Notes under the pieces: model-generated
What the model was told of the DNA's origin: nothing
Databases searched by the model: none
Seen by the model: the letters and a program-made list of their open reading frames with translations, nothing else
Program-made: the position numbers and the translations under genes
From: an uncultured Fusobacteriaceae bacterium
GTDB lineage: Bacteria; Fusobacteriota; Fusobacteriia; Fusobacteriales; Fusobacteriaceae
Length of the DNA: 59,553 nucleotides
Reading direction: 5' to 3'
NCBI GenBank assembly: GCA_964536535.1
Contig: CAZHXU010000001.1
Span: 1-59,553 of the forward strand
Part shown: positions 1-9,051 of the stretch, piece after piece
How the letters are laid out: each line of letters begins with the position of its first letter
How positions within the stretch are numbered: position 1 is the first letter of the stretch

Positions 1-2784
1 TTCTCTAAAAGATTTAAAGAAATAATGACTTTGCCTATTTGAAAATATTGTAAAACCCCTTAACAACTCGTCAATTATTGCCTCAGGAGGATTAATCGTA
101 TTATTTCCAATATATCCATTTTTTCTATAATTATCAAAATCATCTTTTATAAGTTTTTCTAATAATTTTTTATAATCTATCCAAACTTTATTTACATCAT
201 TTGACGAATCTTCTACTTGATAACTTCCTCCATTTGGATTCATGCTCTTAGACAATTGAAAAACACTCAAATTAGTTTTTTCAAGCACTGCTATAGCTAC
301 TTTGTATATCAAGTCACTTTTTACTCGACCATTTTCACCTTCTCCGTAATATTCTACTATTAATGCATCAGAAACATCATCAATAATTCTACCACGTGAT
401 CTCGCTTCTTTTCTAATCAATGCAACTCTATCATAAAAACTCTCGATAAAAGAAATACAATTTGCACTTGCACTGTGACCTTTTGCTAGTTCCATAGCCA
501 TATCTAAATCATTAAGTCTCTCTTCTCCTACTAAAAAATTGTCTTCTTCATAAAAACTCTTCAAATAAAATAAATATTCTCTTTCTCTATCTTGCCTCTT
601 AATTTTATTGAGTGATTCATTCATTTTTTCAAAATAATATTTTAATTTTTCTTCATTATCATAACTAGTTATAAAAATAAATACATCTACTTTCCCACTA
701 GATACTAATCCATTCACTTTGTTATACATTCCATTATTTCCATGAAGGGTAATAACATTTTCTTTATGGTATTCAAGTAATATATTTTCTAAAACTCTTC
801 CTATTTTAGCATTAAATCTCTTTTCCATATACCTTATAAGAAGTATGTCCAAAACTTCTCTAGCTATCCTATAATCAGTATTTGTGCTTATCTTTAATTT
901 TTCCTCATCTTCATATGATTTTAAAAGCTTGTACCACTCATCATCTTCATGGTTTTCTTTTAAACTACCTAATTCTAAATCTCTCATTTCATTATATTCT
1001 ATTCCTTCAAATATACTACTAATAAATTTGAGTGGTTTATTTTCTTTATCTACTCTTAGCATATAGAAGAATAAATCCTTAAAACCTATCTTACCCTCTA
1101 AAGTTCTTAACATATCAAAGTTCTCTTGTCTTACGAGGTAACTATAATCGCCTTCTTTTAGCTTAGTATAATTTTCTAACATCTTACTCATTAACTCTTC
1201 ATTATTACTATCTATTTCTTTACCAGTTCTTTCTTCAATATAATTTTTTATATCTTCTATGCTAGCTTCTTCGCTATCACTCAACTGATTAACTAAGGCT
1301 TTTAATAATGTTTCTGATTCCTCTAGATAAATTAAATCTCCCTCTTTCAATTCACTTACTTTTTTAGATGTTTCGCACTGTTCTGAACTTTTATTTTTTT
1401 CAAATATAACAACTTCTTTTTCACCTTCACTCTCATTTATAGCTCTTTGTGCATAACTATCCATACTCATAAAGTCTAAGTGATATAATGAAAGATAACT
1501 ATTTATATCTATAAAATTATAAACTAAAAGATTAGATTCTACCTTTTCATATAGCTTAGAGGCTAGACACATCTTTATTGTTCTATTTTTTTCATCATTT
1601 TCTTTTACAGCCTCTTCATAGTCAGAAGCATATTTTAAATTAGTAACGCTACTTTTATTTGCAGAAATACCTTCCAAAGCTAACTTTATTCCTTTTTTTG
1701 CTACTAATGGAAGTTTACTTACTTTTTCCAATTCTTTATTACAAAATTCATCAATTTCATCTGCTGACTTTATTTCTAATCCAATAAAATCACTATTATC
1801 ATCTGCTAATCCAAATAATAATGCCTCTCTATTCCTTCGTACAGCCAATCCATAGTTCTTACTTGAATTACTAGCATATTGAATTTCAGCCCAGGCATAT
1901 GTTCTATAATAATATTCCTTTTCTTTATTGCTTTCATCTTTATATTTTATATAATTAGTTATATGGCTCTTTAGATTGTTCCCTATTACTCCAGATCCTG
2001 CATTATATACCATAGAAACTAAAGCATACTTCTGACAATCATTTAATTTATTATACTTCTCTTGACCTAATTTATTTTTAGTTAGGTTCTCGTATTTTGG
2101 ATACATTACTTTAAATAAAGATTGTACAAACTTTTTGCTTGGAAGAGAAAACTTCTCCATGTGCTTCACTATAGATTCAAATAAATTTTTTATTTTCAAG
2201 TATACTTCTCTTTTGGCCACAGTACTAAAGGAATAAGTATTTCCTGCTAAATCAGGATACCTTCTCAAAATATTAGTTTTATTATCAAAAGTTAATGTAT
2301 CTGGGAACGTACTAAACCCTTTTCTAACTACATATAGGTAAAATTGATGTTCTTCGCTATTTTTCTCTAATCCTTCAACAATATCAGATTTATACTTTTT
2401 TATAATTTCTTTTAAAGTATACTCTTTATTTATAGATTCACTACCTTCCGTAACATTACTATCTCTTCCTACAGTTACTATTGTTTCTGAATATTTAGTA
2501 TAGTTACATGTTATTTTATCTTCATAACTCCATTCTTCACCACTATCTTCCACAGCTTTATCCAAGTAGTATTGTATACTGTCTTCTGTTGTTGATTCAC
2601 CCCATTCTCTTACAGCCAAATCTAGTCCATAACCTACTGCATAATTTACTACTCCATCAAAATGAACTTTTAACAAACTACTTGAACCTACTGATTTTTT
2701 TTCATAATTATATAGAGGACCGTTTTCAAAGAGCTTTATCCAATCTTCTTTAAATTCATATGTAACATCTTCACTTAAACTCAT
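1..2784 (-). CDS. Large uncharacterised protein, C-terminus beyond window edge (>=928 aa), N-terminal GH24/phage-type lysozyme-like domain
   Basis: Absent from the ORF track because there is no stop inside the window. I checked every in-frame triplet of 1-2784 on the minus strand and found no stop. ATG at 2784 is preceded by GGAGAG (ggagagtaaaaATG). Motifs NYEKK..HFDGVVNYAVGYG, YALVSMVYNAGSG and YGLAVRRNREALLFG resemble the E..D..TIGYG, ALxSxxFNxGxG and GLxxRRxxE signatures of T4/lambda-type lysozymes. The remaining ~600 aa are unrecognised. No signal peptide. Confidence 0.7.
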   Translation of the reverse strand, partial: MSLSEDVTYEFKEDWIKLFENGPLYNYEKKSVGSSSLLKVHFDGVVNYAVGYGLDLAVREWGESTTEDSIQYYLDKAVEDSGEEWSYEDKITCNYTKYSETIVTVGRDSNVTEGSESINKEYTLKEIIKKYKSDIVEGLEKNSEEHQFYLYVVRKGFSTFPDTLTFDNKTNILRRYPDLAGNTYSFSTVAKREVYLKIKNLFESIVKHMEKFSLPSKKFVQSLFKVMYPKYENLTKNKLGQEKYNKLNDCQKYALVSMVYNAGSGVIGNNLKSHITNYIKYKDESNKEKEYYYRTYAWAEIQYASNSSKNYGLAVRRNREALLFGLADDNSDFIGLEIKSADEIDEFCNKELEKVSKLPLVAKKGIKLALEGISANKSSVTNLKYASDYEEAVKENDEKNRTIKMCLASKLYEKVESNLLVYNFIDINSYLSLYHLDFMSMDSYAQRAINESEGEKEVVIFEKNKSSEQCETSKKVSELKEGDLIYLEESETLLKALVNQLSDSEEASIEDIKNYIEERTGKEIDSNNEELMSKMLENYTKLKEGDYSYLVRQENFDMLRTLEGKIGFKDLFFYMLRVDKENKPLKFISSIFEGIEYNEMRDLELGSLKENHEDDEWYKLLKSYEDEEKLKISTNTDYRIAREVLDILLIRYMEKRFNAKIGRVLENILLEYHKENVITLHGNNGMYNKVNGLVSSGKVDVFIFITSYDNEEKLKYYFEKMNESLNKIKRQDREREYLFYLKSFYEEDNFLVGEERLNDLDMAMELAKGHSASANCISFIESFYDRVALIRKEARSRGRIIDDVSDALIVEYYGEGENGRVKSDLIYKVAIAVLEKTNLSVFQLSKSMNPNGGSYQVEDSSNDVNKVWIDYKKLLEKLIKDDFDNYRKNGYIGNNTINPPEAIIDELLRGFTIFSNRQSHYFFKSFRE

Positions 2785-2786
2785 TT

Positions 2787-4712
2787 TTACTCTCCTTCTT
2801 CACCGAATATATCTAACAATACTTGTTTATCATAATCCTTTATCTCTTCGATTTCTTCTATCTCTCCGTTATCATCTATATGATAAATTATCCATATTGG
2901 TACATCTAATAAAAACTCTCTAAAATCAGATGACGCAAGTATTCTAAAGCTACTTTCATACATTGCTAGTTCATAAAACATTCCAGAACTAAATACACTT
3001 TCATACTTATATAATTCTTCTTCAGATAGTGGTGCTACTTCAAAATATAAATTATACCCTTTCATTTTCTCTAATCCATTTAAGGAAGTATACCTAATTG
3101 ATGCAAAGTTTTTTAATCTAGGTTTATTTCCTAAAAAACTCAAATCATTAACTTTAAAATTTACATTTCTAAAACTTATCCATTCAAGAGAAAAGCAATT
3201 ATTTAAGTAGGTTAAGTCAATGTTATTTTCTTCGAATTCTGAGTTAATATACACATCTATCATCTTCAAATTCTGAAATTCTCCCAATGGTGAATAATCA
3301 CTTATCATATTTCCCTTTGATGTGATTATCTTCAAACTTTTTTTAAATGGCATCACCCTCATAAACTCTATATCTTTTAAACCAAGAGTTGAAATATCTA
3401 AATCTTCTAAATATGGCATATACTTAAGAAGAGAAAGGTGTTTAATCATCTCAGGTTTATTTAAATAGACTTTTCTAGTATTTATAGCATATTTATAAAT
3501 GTAATCTACATCTCTTTTCAAGTATAGGAGTTCTTCTGGTAAAAAACTCTCTATTGGGTCAATTATTGTTTTTTCATTAATTTTAAATGAGATAAAATAC
3601 TCACCTTTTTCAATAAAAATATCACCTTTTTTTACTTCATCCTCTAGATTTATACCAGCTTTGGCATAGATAATATCTAGTATTTCTAACCTGTTTAAAT
3701 GTTTCTCGATACTTACAGGTAGTACTATCCTTCTTTCTCTATAATTCTGTATTGTCCCTGTATACTCAAAAGTATTATTCCTCTTATATTCCAAATACTT
3801 TTTCAAATATTCCTTTCCTTCGTCTAGTTTACCTTTTTCTATGTATTTTTCTCCAAGATTTAAGTATAAGTTAGGTATATAATCAAGAGTTGATAAAACT
3901 TCTACTTGTTCTTCCTTAGTTAAATTAGATTTTACTATTTCAGGTATCTTGTCTGTTAATACTATTTCATTCTTTTCATTCAAATAAACATCTTCTTCTT
4001 TTCCCACTAATAAGAAGTATCTTCTTGCGTACTCCTTAGCTTCCATTTCTTGATTAGTTTTCATATATACACTTATTAAGCCCTCATAACTTGGGGCATA
4101 ATTTTCATCCATATCAAGAGCTCTTATAAATAACATCTCTGCTCTTAATAAGTTCCCCTCATTATATGATTGCCATCCTTTTTTTATATAACTATCTGGT
4201 AGTAGCTTATTCTCTATGAATACTTTCTTTATATCTCTATCTACAAGCACATCACGGATTTCTTGTGGAGTATTTTCAAATGAAAAATTATCAAACTTAT
4301 CAAAACTAATATATTTTTCTTTTTTAGTAAGATTTAAATATTTTTTAGCATATTCTTGTTCTTCATCATAACTATTTCCTTTAACTTTATCTCTTAACTC
4401 AAGTAAATTATAGTAAATAGAAGTTCTATTTTCATCATATTTCATCGCATATAGTAGATAATCTTTACTCTCTTCATACCTTTCTACTTTCATCAAAAAA
4501 TAAGCATAATCATTAAGTATCATAGCTGCTTTTTTATTTGATACTCCCTCTTTAAATACTTCATCGTACTCTATTCCGTAGTCCTCTAGGATTTGGATAG
4601 CTTCTACCACATTCCCTTCCCTATATATATTGAGTGCTTCTTGATGTATCTTAGCTATATCACCAAATGATATGTAAACAATTGCTATAAACATTAAAAT
4701 AATATTTTTCAT
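2787..4712 (-). CDS. Secreted TPR + leucine-rich-repeat (LRR) protein
   Basis: 641-aa ORF with a hydrophobic N-terminal signal-like segment MKNIILMFIAIVYISFG. N-terminal two thirds has TPR-like helical repeats (e.g. AMILNDYAYFLMKVERYEESKDYLLYAMKYDEN). C-terminal third has LxxLxLxxN-type repeats (LEDLDISTLGLKDIEFM, LKMIDVYINS, LEWISFRNVNFKVNDLSFL). Stop at 2787-2789 is 2 nt from the ATG at 2784 of the next gene. Confidence 0.7.
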   Translation of the reverse strand: MKNIILMFIAIVYISFGDIAKIHQEALNIYREGNVVEAIQILEDYGIEYDEVFKEGVSNKKAAMILNDYAYFLMKVERYEESKDYLLYAMKYDENRTSIYYNLLELRDKVKGNSYDEEQEYAKKYLNLTKKEKYISFDKFDNFSFENTPQEIRDVLVDRDIKKVFIENKLLPDSYIKKGWQSYNEGNLLRAEMLFIRALDMDENYAPSYEGLISVYMKTNQEMEAKEYARRYFLLVGKEEDVYLNEKNEIVLTDKIPEIVKSNLTKEEQVEVLSTLDYIPNLYLNLGEKYIEKGKLDEGKEYLKKYLEYKRNNTFEYTGTIQNYRERRIVLPVSIEKHLNRLEILDIIYAKAGINLEDEVKKGDIFIEKGEYFISFKINEKTIIDPIESFLPEELLYLKRDVDYIYKYAINTRKVYLNKPEMIKHLSLLKYMPYLEDLDISTLGLKDIEFMRVMPFKKSLKIITSKGNMISDYSPLGEFQNLKMIDVYINSEFEENNIDLTYLNNCFSLEWISFRNVNFKVNDLSFLGNKPRLKNFASIRYTSLNGLEKMKGYNLYFEVAPLSEEELYKYESVFSSGMFYELAMYESSFRILASSDFREFLLDVPIWIIYHIDDNGEIEEIEEIKDYDKQVLLDIFGEEGE

Positions 4713-4845
4713 TTTTTCTTATCTCCTCTTTTATCCAATTTTATTTCATTTAGCTTTTTTATTTAAAAATAATCATAAACTCTTATATTTCTAAAAATTT
4801 TAACATTTATTTAAATAATATTCAACATATAAAATATTATTTAAA

Positions 4846-4878
4846 TATAAAAAAAGAGTCTGATTAAATCAAACTCTT
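4846..4878 (-). terminator. Intrinsic terminator after U32 peptidase gene
   Basis: Minus strand AAGAGTTTGA-TTTAA-TCAGACTCTT followed by TTTTTAT, 17 nt after the stop. Confidence 0.7.
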
Positions 4879-4894
4879 CTACTCTATCTAAATA

Positions 4895-6112
4895 TTAGAT
4901 TAACATCCTAAACATATCCATTACTTCTACTTTTTCATCCAAATATATTTTGGCAATCGTATTTGGATTTACTGCGTCAACTTCCTCACCAGTTTTAGTA
5001 ATTATAAATTTGTCTATTTTTATCTTTAATGGTTCTCCTTTAGGTCTGATTACTTCTATTTCATCCACACCTGCAACCATTCTATTTCTTACTTCTATTA
5101 CAACTCCGCCATCTTCTTCTACTTCCAGAACTTTTGCTACTAATTTATGTGTTTGGCTATATGAATTTCTGTCATTATAGTTTTGAGCTGTTTCATCAGG
5201 ACGTCCGTGGTAGAAGCCATCTGTATAAAGTCTATGACTTATAGTTTGCAGTTCCTCTAACCATTTTGGATTATAAACATACTCTTCGTCACTGTAGTAC
5301 AAGTCTACAGCTTCTTTATATATCTTAGCTGTATTTGCTACATAATAGATACCCTTCATACGTCCTTCTATCTTCAGACTGTCTATTCCAAGATCAAGTA
5401 GTTTATCTATCATATCTATAGTACACAAATCTTTTGAGTTAAATATATGAGTTCCATGTTCATCTTCATAGATTGGATAATACTCATCAGGTCTTTTTTC
5501 TTCTACCAATTTATACTTCCATCTACATGCTTGTGCACAATCTCCTCTGTTTGCATCTCTACCAGTCATGTGGTTGCTAAGCAAACATCTACCAGAGATA
5601 GCGATACACATAGCTCCGTGTACAAATGCTTCTAATTCTATATCAGGTACTTTAGCTCTAATCTCAGCTAATTCTTCAAGACTTATTTCCCTAGCAAGTA
5701 CAACCCTTTTTGCTCCAAGGTCTTTCCACATCTTTACTGATCTCCAGTTTGTGTTACTTGCTTGTGTACTGATACTTATTGGGATATCCGAGTTTTCTTT
5801 TACTACTTGGAATACTCCAAGGTCAGCAACGATTACTCCATCTACTCCGATTTCTTCCAGTGTTTTTACATATGCTGGTAACAAATCTAACTCTTTGTTA
5901 TGAGCAATTATATTTAAAGTTACATATATCTTTTTTCCTCTTGCATGTGCATAAGCTACTGCTTCTCTTAATTCATCATCAGAAAAGTTAGTACTTCCTG
6001 CTCTCAGATTAAACATCTTTCCACCAAGGAATACAGCGTCTGCTCCATAGTGAAATGCCATCTTCATTTTTTCCATATTTCCTGCTGGTGCCAAAACTTC
6101 AGCTCTTTTCAT
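4895..6112 (-). CDS. Peptidase U32 family protein (collagenase-like / YdcP-type)
   Basis: 405 aa. N-terminus MKRAEVLAPAGN..AFHYGADAVFLGG, plus GVDGVIVADLG and SLKIEGRMK, are typical of the U32 family. Confidence 0.85.
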   Translation of the reverse strand: MKRAEVLAPAGNMEKMKMAFHYGADAVFLGGKMFNLRAGSTNFSDDELREAVAYAHARGKKIYVTLNIIAHNKELDLLPAYVKTLEEIGVDGVIVADLGVFQVVKENSDIPISISTQASNTNWRSVKMWKDLGAKRVVLAREISLEELAEIRAKVPDIELEAFVHGAMCIAISGRCLLSNHMTGRDANRGDCAQACRWKYKLVEEKRPDEYYPIYEDEHGTHIFNSKDLCTIDMIDKLLDLGIDSLKIEGRMKGIYYVANTAKIYKEAVDLYYSDEEYVYNPKWLEELQTISHRLYTDGFYHGRPDETAQNYNDRNSYSQTHKLVAKVLEVEEDGGVVIEVRNRMVAGVDEIEVIRPKGEPLKIKIDKFIITKTGEEVDAVNPNTIAKIYLDEKVEVMDMFRMLI

Positions 6113-6146
6113 ATCATACTCACCTCAATTTTTATTTCCAACATAT

Positions 6147-6175
6147 ATTATATGTATCTTTAAATAAAAAGTCAA
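6147..6175 (-). promoter_or_regulatory. Sigma70-type promoter for the U32 gene
   Basis: Minus strand TTGACT (6175-6170), 17-nt spacer, TATAAT (6152-6147), about 35 nt upstream of ATG 6112. Confidence 0.6.
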
Positions 6176-6477
6176 TATTTACTTTTTTTGTATACTTTTA
6201 ATTTTAAACCTATTTCTATTTACTATAGATACGCCTCTCTCTCTTCTTTTTTCTTGAAACTCTTTTAATTTTTTTTCTTCCTATAAGTTCCTATATAATA
6301 TCTAACTTGTTTTTTCTTAAATTTTACATGATTTAAGTCAATTTTTCATCATTTATTTCATTTATATTCAGAGGTTTATCTAATTCTCCATCAAACTCTT
6401 TTATTTCAAAGATTCTTTCAAACTCAAAATCCCCTAGAAATTCTTTTTCTTTCACATATTCATTTATGCCAATCGGT

Positions 6478-6750
6478 GCTAATCTGCCCTACCCTTTTCA
6501 TCCACTTTTTACTTTCTATTTCTCACTTCCTACTTTCCTTATTCGTTGACGTTTTTTCTTCTCTATCTCTTTGGCTTATTTCCATAAGCCCCTACCTTCT
6601 ACTTTCTATTTCCCTACTTTCTACTTTTCACTTCTATTTTCTTCCTTTGTACGGGCTAATCGTTGATTCGCCCTCTATCCTACTTCCTACTTTCCCTATT
6701 TTCATCTTCCTTTTCGTTGATTCGCCCTACATCCTACTTTATCTTATCCA
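6478..6750. repeat. Pyrimidine-rich (plus strand) degenerate tandem repeat tract
   Basis: CGTTGATTCGCCCT is exact at 6661-6674 and 6715-6728 (54-nt period). Related GCTAATCTGCCCTAC at 6478 and TTCGTTGACG at 6543. CTACTTTC is exact at 6530, 6599, 6614 and 6687, with near copies at 6510, 6621 and 6734. G is rare on the plus strand. The last unit overlaps the stop of the radical SAM gene. Confidence 0.75.
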
Positions 6751-8014
6751 ATCTATCATAAAAATCTGTCTTAGGATATTTTTCCAAATCTTTACAATAT
6801 TCTTTTGTCAAATTATAAGGGAGTGGCAACGTATCTAAGTTGTTTTCTTTATATAATTTATAGATATCTTTTGCTTTTTCTTCACAAATCCAACATGATA
6901 TGCACTTTTCAAATGTTTTTCTCATTCTATTATAGATGATTTCAAAATCTTCATCATGTATATTTCCAAAAGAGATATTCAAAAACTCACATGGTTGCAC
7001 ATCACCTTTTGCATTTAGATAAAACCTATCCGTTCCTCCTGCTGTACAACCATAGTGGTTTTTATCCTCTTCTATAGCTTGTGCTGATATGCTTGGATAA
7101 TCTATGTATTTTTTATCCAAGTTATACATATTTACCTTTTTCTTTAGTATATCCAAATCTTCATATGAATATTTATAGTCATTTTTACCAAGCCATGCTC
7201 CCGAAGGTTTAGGCATTATTAGTTGAATATATTCTATTCCTAACTCTTTTGCTTTTTCCATAATAGCTTCAAACTTCCCATTTTTATAATCTTCTTTCAT
7301 CAAACAAGCATTTGCTGTAGCCATTATTTCTACTTTTTTACAAAGTTTTATTCCATTGGTAAGTTTTTCAAAAGCATCTTGACGTCCCATAAAATCATTT
7401 AATACTTCTTCTCTATAATCATGAAGTGAAAACATTATAGCTTTCAGATTATACTTTTTTAATTCTGCCAATCGCTCTTTTGTAATTCCATCTCCAGTAG
7501 AGTTTACCCATATTTCCCCTTTGTTATCTATTGTCTGACACAGGGCTTTTAATCTGTCATACTTTATAAATGGATCTCCACCTTCTATATTAAAAAAAGC
7601 TATTCCTTTATCTACCATAGTTTTTATAGCTTCTACCAATTTGTCTATGTCAACATCCCTACCTATATCTAGCCTTTGATAACAATGTTTACATTTAAAC
7701 TTACATGCTGAAGTTATAGAAACTAGAGTTGTAACACATGGTAACTTTTCATGGAAAACTTTAAATTTATCTGCTGCTCTAAAAAAAGCTTTAGATGGAT
7801 ACTCTGGTATATAAAGACCAATTTTGGCTTTATTTCCGTCTTTAAGAAATTTATTGTTCTGAACACTACCCAAAAAAACTAACATTCTCTTTAAAAACTT
7901 AAAAAACTTCCCTTCAAACTTTCTCCCAAAATAATCTGGCAAATAATGAAAGAACACACCTATTATTATCTTAAAATTTATGATTTTTTTCCCAAAAGCA
8001 CTTACTTCTTTCAT
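6734..8014 (-). CDS. Radical SAM enzyme with C-terminal SPASM/twitch-like Cys motifs
   Basis: CKFKCKHCY (CxxxCxxC) after an ~95-aa basic/hydrophobic N-terminal extension. C-terminal GCTAGGTDRFYLNAKGDVQPCEF and CISCWIC. RBS GGAGGGAAT before the ATG. Confidence 0.8.
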   Translation of the reverse strand: MKEVSAFGKKIINFKIIIGVFFHYLPDYFGRKFEGKFFKFLKRMLVFLGSVQNNKFLKDGNKAKIGLYIPEYPSKAFFRAADKFKVFHEKLPCVTTLVSITSACKFKCKHCYQRLDIGRDVDIDKLVEAIKTMVDKGIAFFNIEGGDPFIKYDRLKALCQTIDNKGEIWVNSTGDGITKERLAELKKYNLKAIMFSLHDYREEVLNDFMGRQDAFEKLTNGIKLCKKVEIMATANACLMKEDYKNGKFEAIMEKAKELGIEYIQLIMPKPSGAWLGKNDYKYSYEDLDILKKKVNMYNLDKKYIDYPSISAQAIEEDKNHYGCTAGGTDRFYLNAKGDVQPCEFLNISFGNIHDEDFEIIYNRMRKTFEKCISCWICEEKAKDIYKLYKENNLDTLPLPYNLTKEYCKDLEKYPKTDFYDRLDKIK

Positions 8015-8022
8015 ATTCCCTC

Positions 8023-9051
8023 CTATATTAACCCTTGTTCTTTATACCAGTTCACTGTTTTTTCTATTCCTTCTTCCAAAGACGTATATTTGATAGGCCC
8101 TATTTTCTCTTCTACCTTTAGCCCCCTATATTCAATGTTGTCATAAAACATATTTATCCTAGCCCTTGTTAATAAAGGTGGATTTTTTATTTTGAATATA
8201 GTGTAAAATGCTTCTATTAAAAAAGCTATTGGATATATTAATCCCTTTTTTATATATTTAGGTTTATTCAAACTACTCTTTTGACAAAAAGTAGTATATA
8301 TCTCATCCATATACTTTATGTCTGGATTTGTAGCCAAATAAGATTCTACTCCTCTATTTTCTGCTTCAAATAATTTCAGGTATATATCTGCCAAATCTCT
8401 TACGTATATAACTGAAAATTTATTCTTTTTACTTCCAGGCATAATTTTCATTCCATCTTTGATACTTTTTATATATTGATAAAAACCTCCATTAACTTCA
8501 CCTTCACCATAGACCCAAACTGGTTCTATTATGACTATATTCATCTTATTTTTAATAGCATAATCGTTTATCAACTCTTTTGCCATACGTTTAGTATCAC
8601 GATAATAATTCATCTTTGATGGAAAAATTTTATCTAAAGTATATTTATAATGTGAATCTAATTTATATCTTTCATCTTTTATAATATGATTATTTTCTTC
8701 TCCATAAACAGAATTTGTCCCTGTTATTAATATTTTTTTTATTTCATTTTTTTTACAGATTTCTAATATGTTTTTTGTTCCATTTACATTTATTTCATAA
8801 AAATCTTTGTAATTACCCCAATCTTTTACTAAAGAAGCATTATGTATCAATCCATCTACACCATCCAAAGCTTTTTTCAAACTTTTTGTATCTCTAATGT
8901 CACCATAAAAGTATTCTATATCAAATTTTTTTAAAAGAGATAAATCACTATTTTCCCTTACCAAAACTCTTATTTCATATCCCTTTTCCAAAAATATCCT
9001 TACTAAATGATGACCTATAAATCCATTTGCTCCTGTTATTAATATTTTCAT
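8023..9051 (-). CDS. NAD(P)-dependent epimerase/dehydratase-family SDR (3-keto reductase-like)
   Basis: MKILITGANGFIGHHLV Rossmann motif; 342 aa. The ATG shares one base with the KAS stop (TAATG). Confidence 0.8.
   Translation of the reverse strand: MKILITGANGFIGHHLVRIFLEKGYEIRVLVRENSDLSLLKKFDIEYFYGDIRDTKSLKKALDGVDGLIHNASLVKDWGNYKDFYEINVNGTKNILEICKKNEIKKILITGTNSVYGEENNHIIKDERYKLDSHYKYTLDKIFPSKMNYYRDTKRMAKELINDYAIKNKMNIVIIEPVWVYGEGEVNGGFYQYIKSIKDGMKIMPGSKKNKFSVIYVRDLADIYLKLFEAENRGVESYLATNPDIKYMDEIYTTFCQKSSLNKPKYIKKGLIYPIAFLIEAFYTIFKIKNPPLLTRARINMFYDNIEYRGLKVEEKIGPIKYTSLEEGIEKTVNWYKEQGLI

Noticed and set aside
6333-6488. 52-codon open frame on the minus strand (..INEYVKEKEFLGDFEFERIFEIKEFDGELDKPLNINEINDEKLT)
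   Set aside because: No ATG and no Shine-Dalgarno; only an internal GTG is available. It could be a gene remnant, but I cannot support it as a CDS or pseudogene without a homologue.
6478-6750. Interpretation of the purine-rich minus-strand transcript as a CsrB/RsmY-like CsrA sponge
   Set aside because: GGA/AGGA motifs are frequent, but I could not place them in hairpin loops and no csrA gene is visible in the window. The enrichment may be purely compositional. It is kept only as one hypothesis under the repeat finding.
6476-6838. 120-aa plus-strand ORF across the pyrimidine-rich tract
   Set aside because: Stop codons need purines, so a C/T-rich strand is open by composition alone. The predicted peptide is low-complexity L/F/S/I, it overlaps the 3' end of the radical SAM gene, and it has no RBS.
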